A stretch of 64,000 bases of DNA, taken from Podarcis vaucheri. Its lineage: Eukaryota. The stretch lies in assembly GCA_965113315.1 (NCBI GenBank), contig OZ220363.1. One strand, written 5' to 3'. The notes beneath the pieces were generated by a model. It was given only the letters and a program-made list of their open reading frames with translations, was not told the origin of the DNA and ran no database searches. Each line of letters opens with the position of its first letter. Positions within the stretch are counted from its first letter, which is position 1. The position numbers and the translations under genes are program-made. Positions 1 through 11,286 of this stretch are shown in pieces.

Positions 1-1844
1 CCAAAGATATTATAAGGATTTATATAAAAGAGGAGAGGAAACAGAACAAGAAATAGATCAATTTTTGCAAAAACACCATCTGGAACAAATTGTAGAAGAT
101 GAAAGAGCAGCACTAGATGAGATAATAACACAGGAAGAGATAAAAAAGGCTATCAAAAAGATGAAAGCTGAGAAGGCGCCGGGACCGGACGGTCTTCCAG
201 CCAAATATTATAAAATATTAATTAACCAAATATCACCAGTGCTGGGAGAGGTTATGAACAATATATTGAGAGAAGGAAAGATACCTGATACCTGGAAGGA
301 AGCCTATGTTACCTTGATTCCTAAAAAAGAGGTGGACACTATGGAAGTAAAGAACTATAGGCCAATCTCATTATTAAATAATGATTATAAGCTATTTGCA
401 GATATAATGGCGGAAAGATTAAAGAAGGTCTTGATTAATAAAATCCATGGTGACCAAACAGGATTTCTCCCAGGGAGACAATTACGGGATAATGTAAGGA
501 ATTTGATTGACATTATTGAATATTTGGACATGAAAATAGACAGAAAAGCTGCACTGGTTTTCATAGACGCCGAAAAGGCATTTGACAATGTTTCCTGGAA
601 CTTCCTAAAGAAGGTTTTGGAGAGGATGGGAATTGGTGAAAAATTTAGAAGAGGCATAGAAGCAATATACAAAGAACAGAAAGCAAAGCTGGTGATAAAT
701 AATAATACAACAGAATATTTTAACATTTATAAAGGGACCAGACAAGGTTGCCCCTGTCCCCCTTATTATTTATTATAATTTTGGAAGTACTTAATAAGAG
801 ACTGAGGGAGGCAACAGAAGTGAAAGGAATTAGAGTAGGAAAGAAGGAATTTAAAATTAAAGCCTTCGCCGACGATATTGTTCTGACTTTGGAAGATCCA
901 CAAGATAGTGTAAAAGAAGCATTACAAAAAATTGAGGAATTTGGAGAGGTGGCAGGTTTTAAGGTAAATAAGAATAAAACTAAAATGCTGGTTAAAAATC
1001 TAACTAAGGAAGAAACGAAAGATCTAGAACAAAAAGTGGAAATCATGGTGGTGAAAAAAGTGAAATATTTGGGAGTGTGGATCACGGCAAAAAACATAAA
1101 CCTATATAAAGATAATTATGAAGTTACATGGAAAAAAATAAAGAAAGATCTGGAAATATGGGAGAGGATGAAATTTTCCTTTTTAGGAAGGATAGCAGTG
1201 GTTAAAATGAATGTTTTGCCGAGAATGTTGTTCCTATTTCAAACTCTTCCAGTTATTAAAGGTTTAAAACAATGTAAAGAATGGCAGAGAACCCTGATGA
1301 AATTCATCTGGCAGGGGAAAAGACCAAGGATTAAAATGAAAATATTAACTGATAAAAAGGAAAGAGGAGGTTTTGCTCTCCCAGATTTGAGTTTATATTA
1401 TGAAGCAGCGTGCCTACTTTGGCTAAAAGATTGGATAAAACTGGAGAACAGAGACCTGTTGGATTTAGAAGGTTTCAATAATTGGTACGGGTGGCACGCA
1501 TATCTCTGGTATGAGAAGGTGAAAGTCCACAGGGCTTTCTTAAATCATATTTTCAGGGGACCAATATATCAGGTCTGGGAAAGAAATAAGAACCTTCTTG
1601 AAAGAAAAACACCATGGTGGATCTCACCGGTAGAGGTCTTAACAAAAAAAAAAACCAACATGGAAGAGAAGACAGCCACTTACGAAGATTTGGTAAGAAA
1701 ATCAGAACAAGGGCTTAAACTTAAACCTTATGAGGAAATAAAGGATCAATTCACCGGTTGGTTACAGTATCATCAGGTGAATGATATGTTAAAGCAAGAT
1801 AAAAGAAAAATGGGCTTTGAGGACAAGAAATCAAAATTCAATAT

Positions 1845-2601
1845 TGTCAGGGGTTCAGAAGCAGAGACGCAGAGAAGGGTGGAAACAGAGAGCGAGGGGG
1901 AGGAAGCCGAAGGGAGAATGAGTGATGATGACGACCCGAGATCTCCAAGCCTAAGCAGTGAGTCAGAGGACTCCCAAAAGGGAGCCCCAGTGAGCAGAGC
2001 AAGGGGGGGATCCGGGGGGACACCCCAGGAGGAAGGGAACAGAGGAGATTCAGAGAGCAGCAGCTGGAAGTCGGGACCCACGCTCAAGACTGAGAGCAGC
2101 AGGGAGGAAGGCAGCCAGGCATCGGGTTCCGGAGGCCGTCAGCAGGAGGGAGGGCACGAGTCAGGGGTGGTCACGCCCTCCTCAGAGAGCGAGGCAACGG
2201 TCAAGAGGAAAGTAGAGAGTTGGGCGCGCGCGCCAAGTTCAAATGCAGCGGAAGCTGGAGCAGTAAGCAGCCCGGAGAGTGAGCCAGGTCCCAAAGCCCG
2301 CCGAAAGGAAGCGGAAGGATCAGGGGGGTCAGCGTCAGAGGAGAGTAGAAGGGAGGAGTCCCAGGGGGGCAGAAGGACCCAGAGACGTAGGGAGAGGCGA
2401 AGGAGGTGGAGCAAGGCTAGGGTATTAAGCTGGTGTGCAAGAGGCGGGGACTCAGATGGGTCTTCGCCGACCTAGGGCAGAAGGTGTAGAGCTGCACGCT
2501 GCAGTTCGGAAATGAAACCTGTAACTCAATAAAGACTCTTTTAAAGTGGACGCTGTGTGGCGTGGTCCTATGTGAGCTGGGACCTGGTAGCAGCTCTGAC
2601 A
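1845..2601 (+). mobile_element. Solo LTR (probably Ty3/Gypsy-type), 757 bp, inserted in L1 ORF2
   Basis: Termini TGTCAG...CTGACA; 5-bp TSD AATAT (1840-1844 / 2602-2606); TATA-like TATTAA 2423-2428; AATAAA 2528-2533; abrupt shift to G/CpG-rich composition. Confidence 0.92.
1918..2475 (+). CDS. Putative LTR-encoded 185-aa acidic/Ser-rich protein with a C-terminal Arg-rich motif (RRTQRRRERRRRW)
   Basis: Frame is open from the LTR start to TAG 2473-2475; ATG at 1918 has A at -3; low-complexity disordered composition. Coding status unproven. Confidence 0.35.
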   Translation: MSDDDDPRSPSLSSESEDSQKGAPVSRARGGSGGTPQEEGNRGDSESSSWKSGPTLKTESSREEGSQASGSGGRQQEGGHESGVVTPSSESEATVKRKVESWARAPSSNAAEAGAVSSPESEPGPKARRKEAEGSGGSASEESRREESQGGRRTQRRRERRRRWSKARVLSWCARGGDSDGSSPT

Positions 2602-5051
2602 AATATAGAAATAATAGAAGGTAAAAACAAAACATTGTCTAAATTATACAACATATTACTGGAATGGCATACAAAAGACGAGGAAGTCAAAGAGGCAATG
2701 ATTAAATGGGCAATTGACTTCGGCTATAACATCGAGTTTGAAAAGTGGTTGAAATTGTGGAATAGAGATATTAAATTTACGGCCTGTACGAGTTTGAGAG
2801 AAAATGTCTGGAAAATGCTCTATAGATGGTATCTCACGCCGGCAAAATTAGCTAAAATCTATAGATCAGAAAATAAGACATGCTGGAAATGTGGTGAAGT
2901 GGAGGGAGACCTCTACCATATGTGGTGGCAATGCAACAAGGTGAAGGTTTTTTGGGAAGCAATTTATAATGAACTTAAAAAAGTTTTTAAATATACTTTT
3001 CCCAAAAGACCTGAGGCCTTTTTGCTGGGAATTATGGGTAAGGAAATAAAAAATGAAGATAAAAAAATTTTTCTCTATGCCACCACAGCCGCAAGAATTA
3101 TGCTGGCACAAAACTGGAAAACAGAAAATATACCTAACGTAAGTGACTGGCAGGTCAAAATGATTAACTATGCCGAGCTAGATAGATTAACAGGCAGAAT
3201 ACGAGACCAAGACGACCAGAAATTTCAAAAAAATTGGAGTAAATTTTGGAAATATATTGGAACGGATATATAGGAGGAACTGGCGGTATTAGAAAAACTT
3301 TATCAGCTAATAAGTATAAACTTTAATAAACTAATTACGCAATCCGGGATTTATTTGATACTTACCAAAAGGGTGGAGGGAAGTCAAAGGCTAAGTAGAG
3401 CCTAATGCTTATATTATTTTTTTTGTATGATTGTATGCTTACTTTTTGTATAGCATGAAAATAGGATGAATAATTTATGTTAAAATGTCTATTTTTGTAT
3501 TTGTTTGTCCTTTTTTTTTCTTTTACAAATTCTGAATAAAAATTTACTTGCAAAAAAGCTGGGTGGATTGTCACAGAGGTTGGATAAGAGGAACAAAATA
3601 ATCTTGCTGTTCCAGGACATACTTTTTTATATTAAAAGCAATGCTAGCTTGCTTCTGCACACACAGGGGTGATCCGTTACCCACCCAACCCTTTCAGTAG
3701 CATCTCCCTGGACTTCCTACAAAGCTCACCCTGAAGGTTGTGAGGGGTTTTTAGGAGGCACAAGGAGTGGAAGGGAGGCAAGAAATGAAGGAATCCATGG
3801 CCCCTTTGTGTGGAGGTGGATGTGGAGGCAGACCCTTACTTCCAGCGTACTTTCCCCCATGTTTAAATAGGTTCTCAAGACTGATTGACTGCGGCTCACA
3901 AAATGGTGGCACAAAACGGTGGCAAAGCCAGGGGCAGATGGAGGCAGTTTGGCATAATCAGCTGGCAGTTTCTGACATCATTTTCTACTGATATCTAATA
4001 CATCTCTGGAAATGACTACATTCTTTGCCAAAGTGTTTTCCTTGTAGCAACGACGCCTATATTTCAGTTTTTCTTATGATGAATATAGAGGTTTCCTCTG
4101 ACAGGATTGTGACAACATCCCTATTTTAGTCAGAATTTGCCAATCCAGAAGTTCCAAGTGGAGAAGGGTTTTTGTTTATATTTTTTCCTTCCTATCCCCA
4201 CATACCTCTCAGAAATATTTTTTTACCCATATCCTATCATTTCTTCTCACATTTTCCTTTCACACTCAGCTTGTACCTTATCCCTCCTCCCTGAAAAATC
4301 CTGAAAGTTTATTTCACCCCTTGTCCCTGGTTCTTTTACGTTCACTTTTTTCTCTTATAACAGCTTTCCTCATTCCTTTCAGTAATAGTTGTAGTAATAA
4401 TTATTATTACAGCAACTACCATCAACACTCTTTATCTGAGTTTCTAATTTCCTTCAACACCTCCTCTGGGCCACTTCCCACAGAGATGGAAGACCTTCCT
4501 CCCTTCCGGAACTTCTCTCTGAGTCATCTTGTTTTCTTCATACCAGGTTTGTTTCTTGCAATCACTTTTCTCTCTCTCTCTTTTGGTAGGTTAAAAAAGA
4601 AAAGAAAAGCAAAACAGGGGAAAGAGCAAACACTGCTTTGCTGGCTATTCTCTGATGTATTGCAGTCAGCATTGCTCTGTTCAGCTTGGATCCTGCAGCA
4701 AAATTGAATGCCACAGAAAAGTTAAGGGGCCTGCTATATTTGACATGATGTAATCCCAGCTGGCAAGATGTAATGAGTAAGCTGTTAGAAGACTGCTTCT
4801 GCTGCTCAGCTCTTGGACTAGGTAAAATAATTACAGCAGAGCATGCAATCCAGCCCTTGTTTGTAATCAAATTTTGCTAAACCCCCCCCTTTCCCCCCTC
4901 AACACCTGAGGGTGTTTTATGTTGTTTTGGTTGTCATAGACAAGAGATTGCCTTAACTTGATTCAGTGACAGTTTTTGTGGAATTCAAAGATTGCTCTTT
5001 GGCTTTCTTGTGCCCACGGGATGCCAGGACATTTGAGGGAAGCCCTCTAGA

Positions 5052-5106
<55 letters not shown>

Positions 5107-5140
5107 CCCCACCCAACTGGCTGGGTTTCCCCAGCCATGT
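5052..5140 (-). repeat. (ATT)n microsatellite plus 3'-end remnant of an L2-like LINE
   Basis: About 17 ATT units followed by TACCCCACCCAACTGGCTGGGTTTCCCCAGCCA; the same motif occurs near 25592. Confidence 0.7.
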
Positions 5141-5378
5141 AACTGGCCACCCAGAGGTACATGTTAATAGGGGCCAAACTGGACAATTAAAACAGAATGT
5201 TTTCTGAAGTTTTCACTAGAATGTCATATGCACTCGAGTTGATGGCATGAATGGCTCCTAGTTCTTGAAAATCTCAGTGGAGAAGGATCTCATGACAGGT
5301 GAAACCGGCCCCTTGTCTGGCCATGGTGGTGGCCCTACCACCCCATCAGGAAGTTTGCGGCTTCAATTCTCTCACTAG

Positions 5379-5482
5379 TAAAGGTAAAGGGACCCCTGAC
5401 CAAGGTCCAGTCACGGACGACTCTGGGTTTGCAGTGTTCATCTCGCTTTATTGGCTGAGGGAGCCGGCGTACAGCTTCCGGG
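5379..5482 (-). mobile_element. 5'-truncated Sauria SINE
   Basis: (AAAGGT)n tail on + strand; 11-bp TSD TCTCTCACTAG (5368-5378 / 5483-5493). Confidence 0.9.
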
Positions 5483-5577
5483 TCTCTCACTAGCCTGTAA
5501 GTTATTGCTTTGCCAGTCTTGAAAAGATCACAGGAAAATAGCTCTCCTAACCTAGAAGTTTGTTACTGAGCACTAGG

Positions 5578-5977
5578 TAAAAAACGCTAACGCTAAAGGA
5601 AAACGCTAAAGGATCCCTGGATGGTTAAGTCCAGTCAAAGGCTACTACAGGGTTGCGGCGCTCATCTCGCTTCAGGCTGAAGGAGTCGGCGTTTGTCCAC
5701 AGACAACTTTCCGGGTCATGTAGCCAGCATGACTAAACCACTTCTGGTGCAACGGAACACCGTGACGTAAGCCAGAGCACACGGAAACACCTTTTACCTT
5801 CCTGACACAGCGGTACCTATTTATATACTTGTACTGGTGTGCTTTTGAACTGCTAGGTTGGTGGGAGCTGGGACAGAGCAACAGGAGCTCACCCCGTAGC
5901 AGGGATTCAAACCGCTGACCTTCCAATTGGCAAACCCAAGAGGCTCAGTGGTTTAGACCACAGCACTGCCCGCATCC
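5578..5977 (-). mobile_element. Full-length Sauria SINE (older subfamily)
   Basis: Homologous over its length to the 13828-14192 copy; degenerate TSD TTAC(C)TGAG(C/A)ACTAGG. Confidence 0.88.
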
Positions 5978-6049
5978 TTTACCTTTACCTGAGAACTAGG
6001 GCCGCATAGCACAAGCTGTTGGTGTTCAGTGACCTGAAAAGAGGATTAT

Positions 6050-6290
6050 ACAACTTCAGGGAGGATAAGGTACTCTGTGGCTACTAGCAATAATGCCTAT
6101 GTTCTACCTCCAGTGTTGGAGGCCGTATGTCCCTGAAAACCAGTTCTGGAGGTCATAGTTGGGGAGGGTGCTGTTGTGCTCAGGTTCTGCTTGTGAGCTT
6201 CTTGTAGGCATCTGGTTGGCCTCTGTGATGATAGAATGCTGGACTAGATGGTCATTGACTTGATCCAGCTGGGCTCTTATGTCCTTAGCA
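6050..6290 (+). mobile_element. Old CR1-type LINE 3' end
   Basis: GGACTAGATGG...GATCCAGC...TCTTATGTCCTTA terminus; related reversed fragments near 16255-16420 and 28185-28290. Confidence 0.55.
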
Positions 6291-6417
6291 GGCTGCTGGA
6301 CTAGATGGGCCTACATAAGTTCTTACTAGCATAACAGGAATGACACTGGTAGCCTTGGATCATTTGCAATTACGTTTTCCCTGCCTTTGATTGTTAAGCA
6401 TTTGCTGTCTTAGTTCT

Positions 6418-7059
6418 TTTCTCTTTTTTTAATAACTTTTTACTCAAAATTAAAACAAAACATATTATCCAGAAACATATCATCCTTATTTTCCCCCTAT
6501 TTTTCCTCCCTCCCCCCAAAGAACCCACCCACCCCCACCCCCGACTTCCCTCAGTTCCAGTCTTTGATTTCTCTAAAAATGCTGTTTTCTGCATGTTACA
6601 CAGTTGTATAGATCCTCAAACTATTTAGCTGATTATTATCAATAAAAAGTTTGTGAATGTTTATTCAAAACCAGCCAAGGAGTCCAGTTCGCTTTGTTGT
6701 GTCTTCAAATACTTTGTAAAGGGTTCCCATTCATCTTTAAAGTCACAGTTATCCTTGTCCCGTAGCTTGTATGTCAGTTTTGCCAGTTCTGCATTGTCCA
6801 TCAATTTTTCTTGCCATGATTCTTTAGTTGGGGTTTCTTCAGTCTTCCATCCTTGTGCTATGAAAACTCTTGCGGCCATTGACACATACATGAAGATGTT
6901 TTTTCAGCTTTTTTGGCAGATCTTTCCCTACAATCCCTAATAAAAATGCTTCAGGTTTTTAAACAAATGTTAAATGGGACATTTTCTTCAATTTGTTGTA
7001 TATCATTTCCCAAAATTTTTTAATTACCTTACAATCCCACCACATATGATAAAATGTCC
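6418..7059 (-). mobile_element. 5'-truncated L1 (ORF2 C-terminus, 3' UTR, polyA), a different family from 1-3557
   Basis: Perfect 20-bp TSD GCATTTGCTGTCTTAGTTCT (6398-6417 / 7060-7079); T-rich tail on + strand; minus-strand HMWWDC and AARVFIAQGWK motifs. Confidence 0.93.
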
Positions 7060-7814
7060 GCATTTGCTGTCTTAGTTCTAACCCTAAATAAATATTGCAC
7101 AGTGACAATAATTCATCAGAATTTGCCTCCAAGCTTCTACAGAGCTAGCTCTAGCAATTTTCAGAGATGGGATTGACTTTCATAAGCAACTTCTTGGACA
7201 TTGGACACAATTGCTTTTTGACATGGGCATGAACGAAGGCAGACAGAGCTGACTGAAGCAGAAAAAAGGAAGGATGAGTGATTGAAAATATTAAAGACGA
7301 TGAGAACTACATAGTCGCTCTCTACAGTAACTGGGAAAAGAAAATCAATACTTCTTTCTCTCACACATCCTGCCGCCCCCAAATACCCTGAGATATTATA
7401 TTCAGTGAGCTCCAAAGTTCAAATAAACATTTTCCACAGATTTTTGAAGAGGTGTGTTGTCAGACTAGAACAGTAATATTAAAGCAATCTGACAAGATAA
7501 AGGAAGCAAATTTAAGAAAGTGACAATGTGGTTTGGGAAGATGGATATGCTAATAAAATATAATGCTGTTTTGTCACAATTCAGTTGCTTTAAACTGGGG
7601 TATCCACAGAAAAGTTATTATTCTAAAATACAAAGACACTGATAAATAATGCCGAACACTTGTCTCCAAGCCAACTTTGGGGGTTTCCAGTGAGTTGCCT
7701 GGGTAGGTATAGCTGGAGACATCTACAACATGCTTTTCATATTTCATTACTGATCAGACTAGCTTGGGCTATAGCCATAGAAGATAATCATCAGGGAACC
7801 ACTAGTCAGGAGAG

Positions 7815-7990
7815 TGATGGAACACTGTGAATAGACCACTTGCTTTCAATGCTAAAGATCTCAAGTTCAATCACTGGGAAGTGATGGGCAAGGTCCCTGT
7901 CTGAAACCCTTCAGAGTTGCTCCCAGTCAGTGCAAATAATATTGAGCTAGATAGACCAAGTTTCTGGTTCGGAAGAAGACAACTTCAATT
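7815..7990 (+). mobile_element. tRNA-derived squamate SINE (Squam2-like), degenerate; further copies near 9580-9760(-), 10445-11380(-, interrupted), 28920-28975(-), 47990-48060(+), 51395-51560(+)
   Basis: Shared body ...GGTTCAATCCCT...TGAAACCCT...GCCAGTCAGTGT...GAGCTAGATGG; Pol III A/B-box-like head in the better-preserved copies. Confidence 0.65.
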
Positions 7991-10060
7991 TATGCATGCC
8001 AACCCTTGGTAGCTCCCTACCAGTTTGAACATGAGTCTCCAATACAGGTGGTTTTGACCCAGGTTGAATTCTAGATGTGTGAAGATGGAACTTGGTATAT
8101 GAGCATCAAAATGGGTGGCTGCCCAAAATGGGTCATTTTATTTGCATTTATCCTTAGCATTCTCCTCTTTGTCATGAGCTCATTTGTTTAAGCTGTTCGA
8201 CCCTGTAAAACTTCCATTTGCTTTGTTGACATAGGAAATGAAGAAATGTTCTTTCCACTTATTCCTTCTTCCATTCTCAATTTAAAGTGCTGCCTCATTA
8301 ACTTTAACATCAGAGATCCTATTGTGTTCTCTGCTTGACTTCATCTTGAGAATTATATTTTTAAATTATTAAAAGGAAGTCGCAGGAGGATCAGAGAGGT
8401 TAAGGATGAAGTTAAGAGTAGAACACAGTTAGATGCCCAATGTCAATTTTAATGGAGCAACCTTTTTTAAATTGAAAATGAAATAAGAAATAGAATCAAG
8501 TGATTCTGATTTTATAATTTAAAATATAGTTTTTATGTATATTTGAACCATTGACAATTTGCAGTATGTATGTATTATACATGCTATTTATTTAAACATT
8601 TCTAACCAATGTTTGGTCCTTAAAGGGTCCCGAAGATGACTTCCAAATTAAAACACTGAGATATAGTTAAAAACATCAATAGTATAATCAGTAATACAAC
8701 AAAAACATCCAATAACATGAAATTCTATTGGCGTTATTCCATGTTAGCATATCTCAATTATATTATAATTGAGAAAACGTCTACCTTTTTAAAGAAATAA
8801 TAAGATGGCATCCTATCCTAACCAATGTTTTCCAGATGCAAAATCTGTGATGAAATGAAACTTCCAGCTACATGTTTAAATGCACATATTGAGAGAAACA
8901 TATTTTATACCAACATGTATGCTCTCTCTCAAAATGGTATTTAAATGCATATGTTGATAAGATTCAGCTGCCAAGAACTGCATAACAACATTCAAACAGC
9001 AATATCTGATAGATAAGTTCTATCCAACATTATTAGTCCAAGAGAGGGACACATATATCGAATTCTTCAAGGATCTCTCCTCTGAACCACCTAATTGGCC
9101 TATTGCAAGGTTTGTCTCTGGCTACTTGAGTTGGAAATATCTGCAACCAGCTGGTAGTTTTACCTCATTACAGGGTTGCTTGCAGATTCAGCAGATTAAT
9201 ACAGATGTGGAATGAAATTATGGGTATAAATAGGTGCAAGAGACACTGACCAGAAACATATTCACTCACCCCTACTTTGGGGAAGGAGACGTGACAATAG
9301 AGGATATTGTTTAACCCAAGGTAAGCAATGTTAAGTCCCACTGATTTCATTATGAAAGTTAAGCATGTGCAATTCTATGCCCACGTACCTGGAAGGAACC
9401 CCATTGAATTCAATGGTCCTTTACTTCTAACTATACATGTATAGGACTGAAATGTTAATCTCCTCCACTGAAATCAGATTAGATTAGATTAGATTCAAGT
9501 GGCACCTCTGAGGCCAATTTTCACAGAGTAGAAGTTGTAGAAATGGAACTATTGGCAGCAAGCAATAGGAGGCAGTTAGGAATACAGGAAGCTACCTTGT
9601 ATTGAATTAGACCAATGCTCCACCTAGCTCAGTACTGAATGCAGTGACTCTCTGGGTTTTCAGATGAGGATAATCTCTGCCCTGTCTGGGCATGCTAGCA
9701 ATTGAACATCCTGCATAGCAAAGCAGATTGTCTACTGCTGAGCTACAGACCTTCTGCAAACTGCTGAGTGTTTACATTCAGACATACTGCATCCAATTTT
9801 AAAGAAGCAGTTCGCTGTGCTACAAATTACTTGGGGAAATTACAAGGAGTACACGATACGAGAATAGTGCATTGTCCCTATTTTAGCTTTAGTTTATACA
9901 GTCATAATTCTGTATGAATTCTTGCCATGTTTTGTCATGCTCCAGAAGAACGGGATAATTTTCACTCTTTTATGCAATATCCAGGAAAGCTAATTTTGCT
10001 TTCTTTCAGTTTGTTGCTTTTCTTGTATTCATTTTATATCCGGTTTTAATGTCAGATGTA

Positions 10061-10299
10061 CAGTGGTACCTCGGGTTAAGTACTTAATTCATTCTGGAGG
10101 TCTATTCTTAACCTGAAACTGTTCTCAACCTGAAGCACCACTTTAGCTAATGGGGCCTCCTGCTGCTCCACTGCCAGAGCACGATTTCTGTTCTCATCCT
10201 GAAGCAAAGTTCTTAACCTGAAGCACTATTTCTGAGTTAGCAGAGTCTGTAACCTGAAGCGTATGTAACCTGAAGTGTATGTAACCCGAGGTACCACTG
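10061..10299 (+). mobile_element. Tc1/mariner (Tigger/pogo-type) MITE
   Basis: TIR CAGTGGTACCTCGGGTTA...TAACCCGAGGTACCACTG; TA target duplication. Confidence 0.92.
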
Positions 10300-10505
10300 T
10301 ATGCCCATTTTGTACGTTTCTTGCTATATATGCACATAGCTTCCAAAGGATGTCAAGATTCACAGATAGACTGCCCAACAGGGAAAAAAAATATAGTTTT
10401 CTGTTTCCGCCTTAGTCTCATGCAGCAAAAAACGATAAGGACCCTTGATCCCTCTAACTTGGTATTTTCAACACTGACTGACATCAGGGTTCCAGGCAGG
10501 AGACA

Positions 10506-11286
10506 TTGCGTGTCGAGAACCCGAAGACACTGCTTCGTTGAAGAACAACACACACAAGGACACAGATACTAGGTTAATGTTATTGGGCGAATTTTGGCCA
10601 CAACTTTATTGATTACAGAATGTGAGCGGTATTGGCTTAGGCATTGAGCGGACCCAACTATATCTGACTCCTGCCCGTTGCGCAGGGAGTCTGGTAAGGG
10701 TAAGCCACCAGAAGGGGGAGCCCCGTCAATGTAGACCAACTCGAGCTCCCCCTGGTGTTCCCGCCGGGGTCATGGCATGGCCCTAGCCCCTCCCCGGGCT
10801 TCAGACGAGATCCACACCCCCAGATTCCTTTAACAAAATACCCTTAAGCTTGGAAGGGCAGGTGATGGCCACACCTCACCTCCCCCCTCATAAGGTCAAA
10901 CAATGCCTAACCGCCACCCTAACAGAGTTGTGACGATTGCTACAAGGTAGGCGAAAACCAAATGGCCTGTGCCAATTTGCCAAGTGGAAAAATTCTTACC
11001 AGGCCCCTCAACTGCGACCAACCAAGGTCCATAGCAAGGCCAATGACTAAAATCTGCAAAAGGGAGGGAGGGCAGGAGATTGAGGAAGCAAGCCAAGAGG
11101 AAGCCCTCTGGCTCGCGCCTCTGCTTAAACGGTCCCGGCCACGCCCCCCCAACCAGCGGATTGGCTGGCCAGTCACTGACGTGGCCGGGATCCCACAGGC
11201 AATGCGGAACTTTGTCCCCCATCCCTGGAGGAGTGTGGTTGGCCACGCGGTCCACAGCAACTCTTCCCCACGTGGAAGTGGAGCGG
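10506..11286 (-). mobile_element. CpG-rich terminal-repeat segment of a retroelement, probably DIRS/Ngaro (tyrosine-recombinase) type, inserted into a tRNA-SINE
   Basis: Splits a Squam2-like SINE (...GGCAGGAGAC | ATCTCCCACCCC...). Minus strand has CCAAT, GC-box and TTTAAG promoter-like motifs (~11120-11180), AATAAA (~10605) and the end CACGCAA. No TG..CA ends and no 4-6 bp TSD. A homolog starts at 63661. Confidence 0.55.

Larger units (their letters stand above)
65..3273 (+). pseudogene. L1 ORF2 (reverse transcriptase), split by a 1-nt frameshift near 750 and by the LTR insertion 1845-2601
   Basis: ORFs 65-778, 748-1844 and 2602-3273 join into one ORF2. Removing the LTR and one TSD copy restores the frame ...KKSKFNIEIIEGK... 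Confidence 0.9.
1..3557 (+). mobile_element. L1-clade LINE (ORF2 RT to C-terminus plus 3' UTR); 5' part lies outside the window; interrupted by a solo LTR
   Basis: RT motifs KAPGPDG, YRPISLLN, DAEKAFD, GTRQGC/PLSPLLF, FADD, KYLG; C-terminal CWKC...HMWWQC knuckle; stop at 3273; AATAAA 3535-3540 and A-run 3552-3557. Confidence 0.95.

Noticed and set aside
748-2475. 575-aa ORF as a host gene
   Set aside because: It is L1 ORF2 fused by insertion to LTR sequence; TSD and LTR termini are visible.
10180-10290. Tandem AACCTGAAG repeats resembling a CRISPR-like array
   Set aside because: Subterminal repeats of the Tigger-type MITE in a eukaryotic genome; no spacer structure or cas genes.
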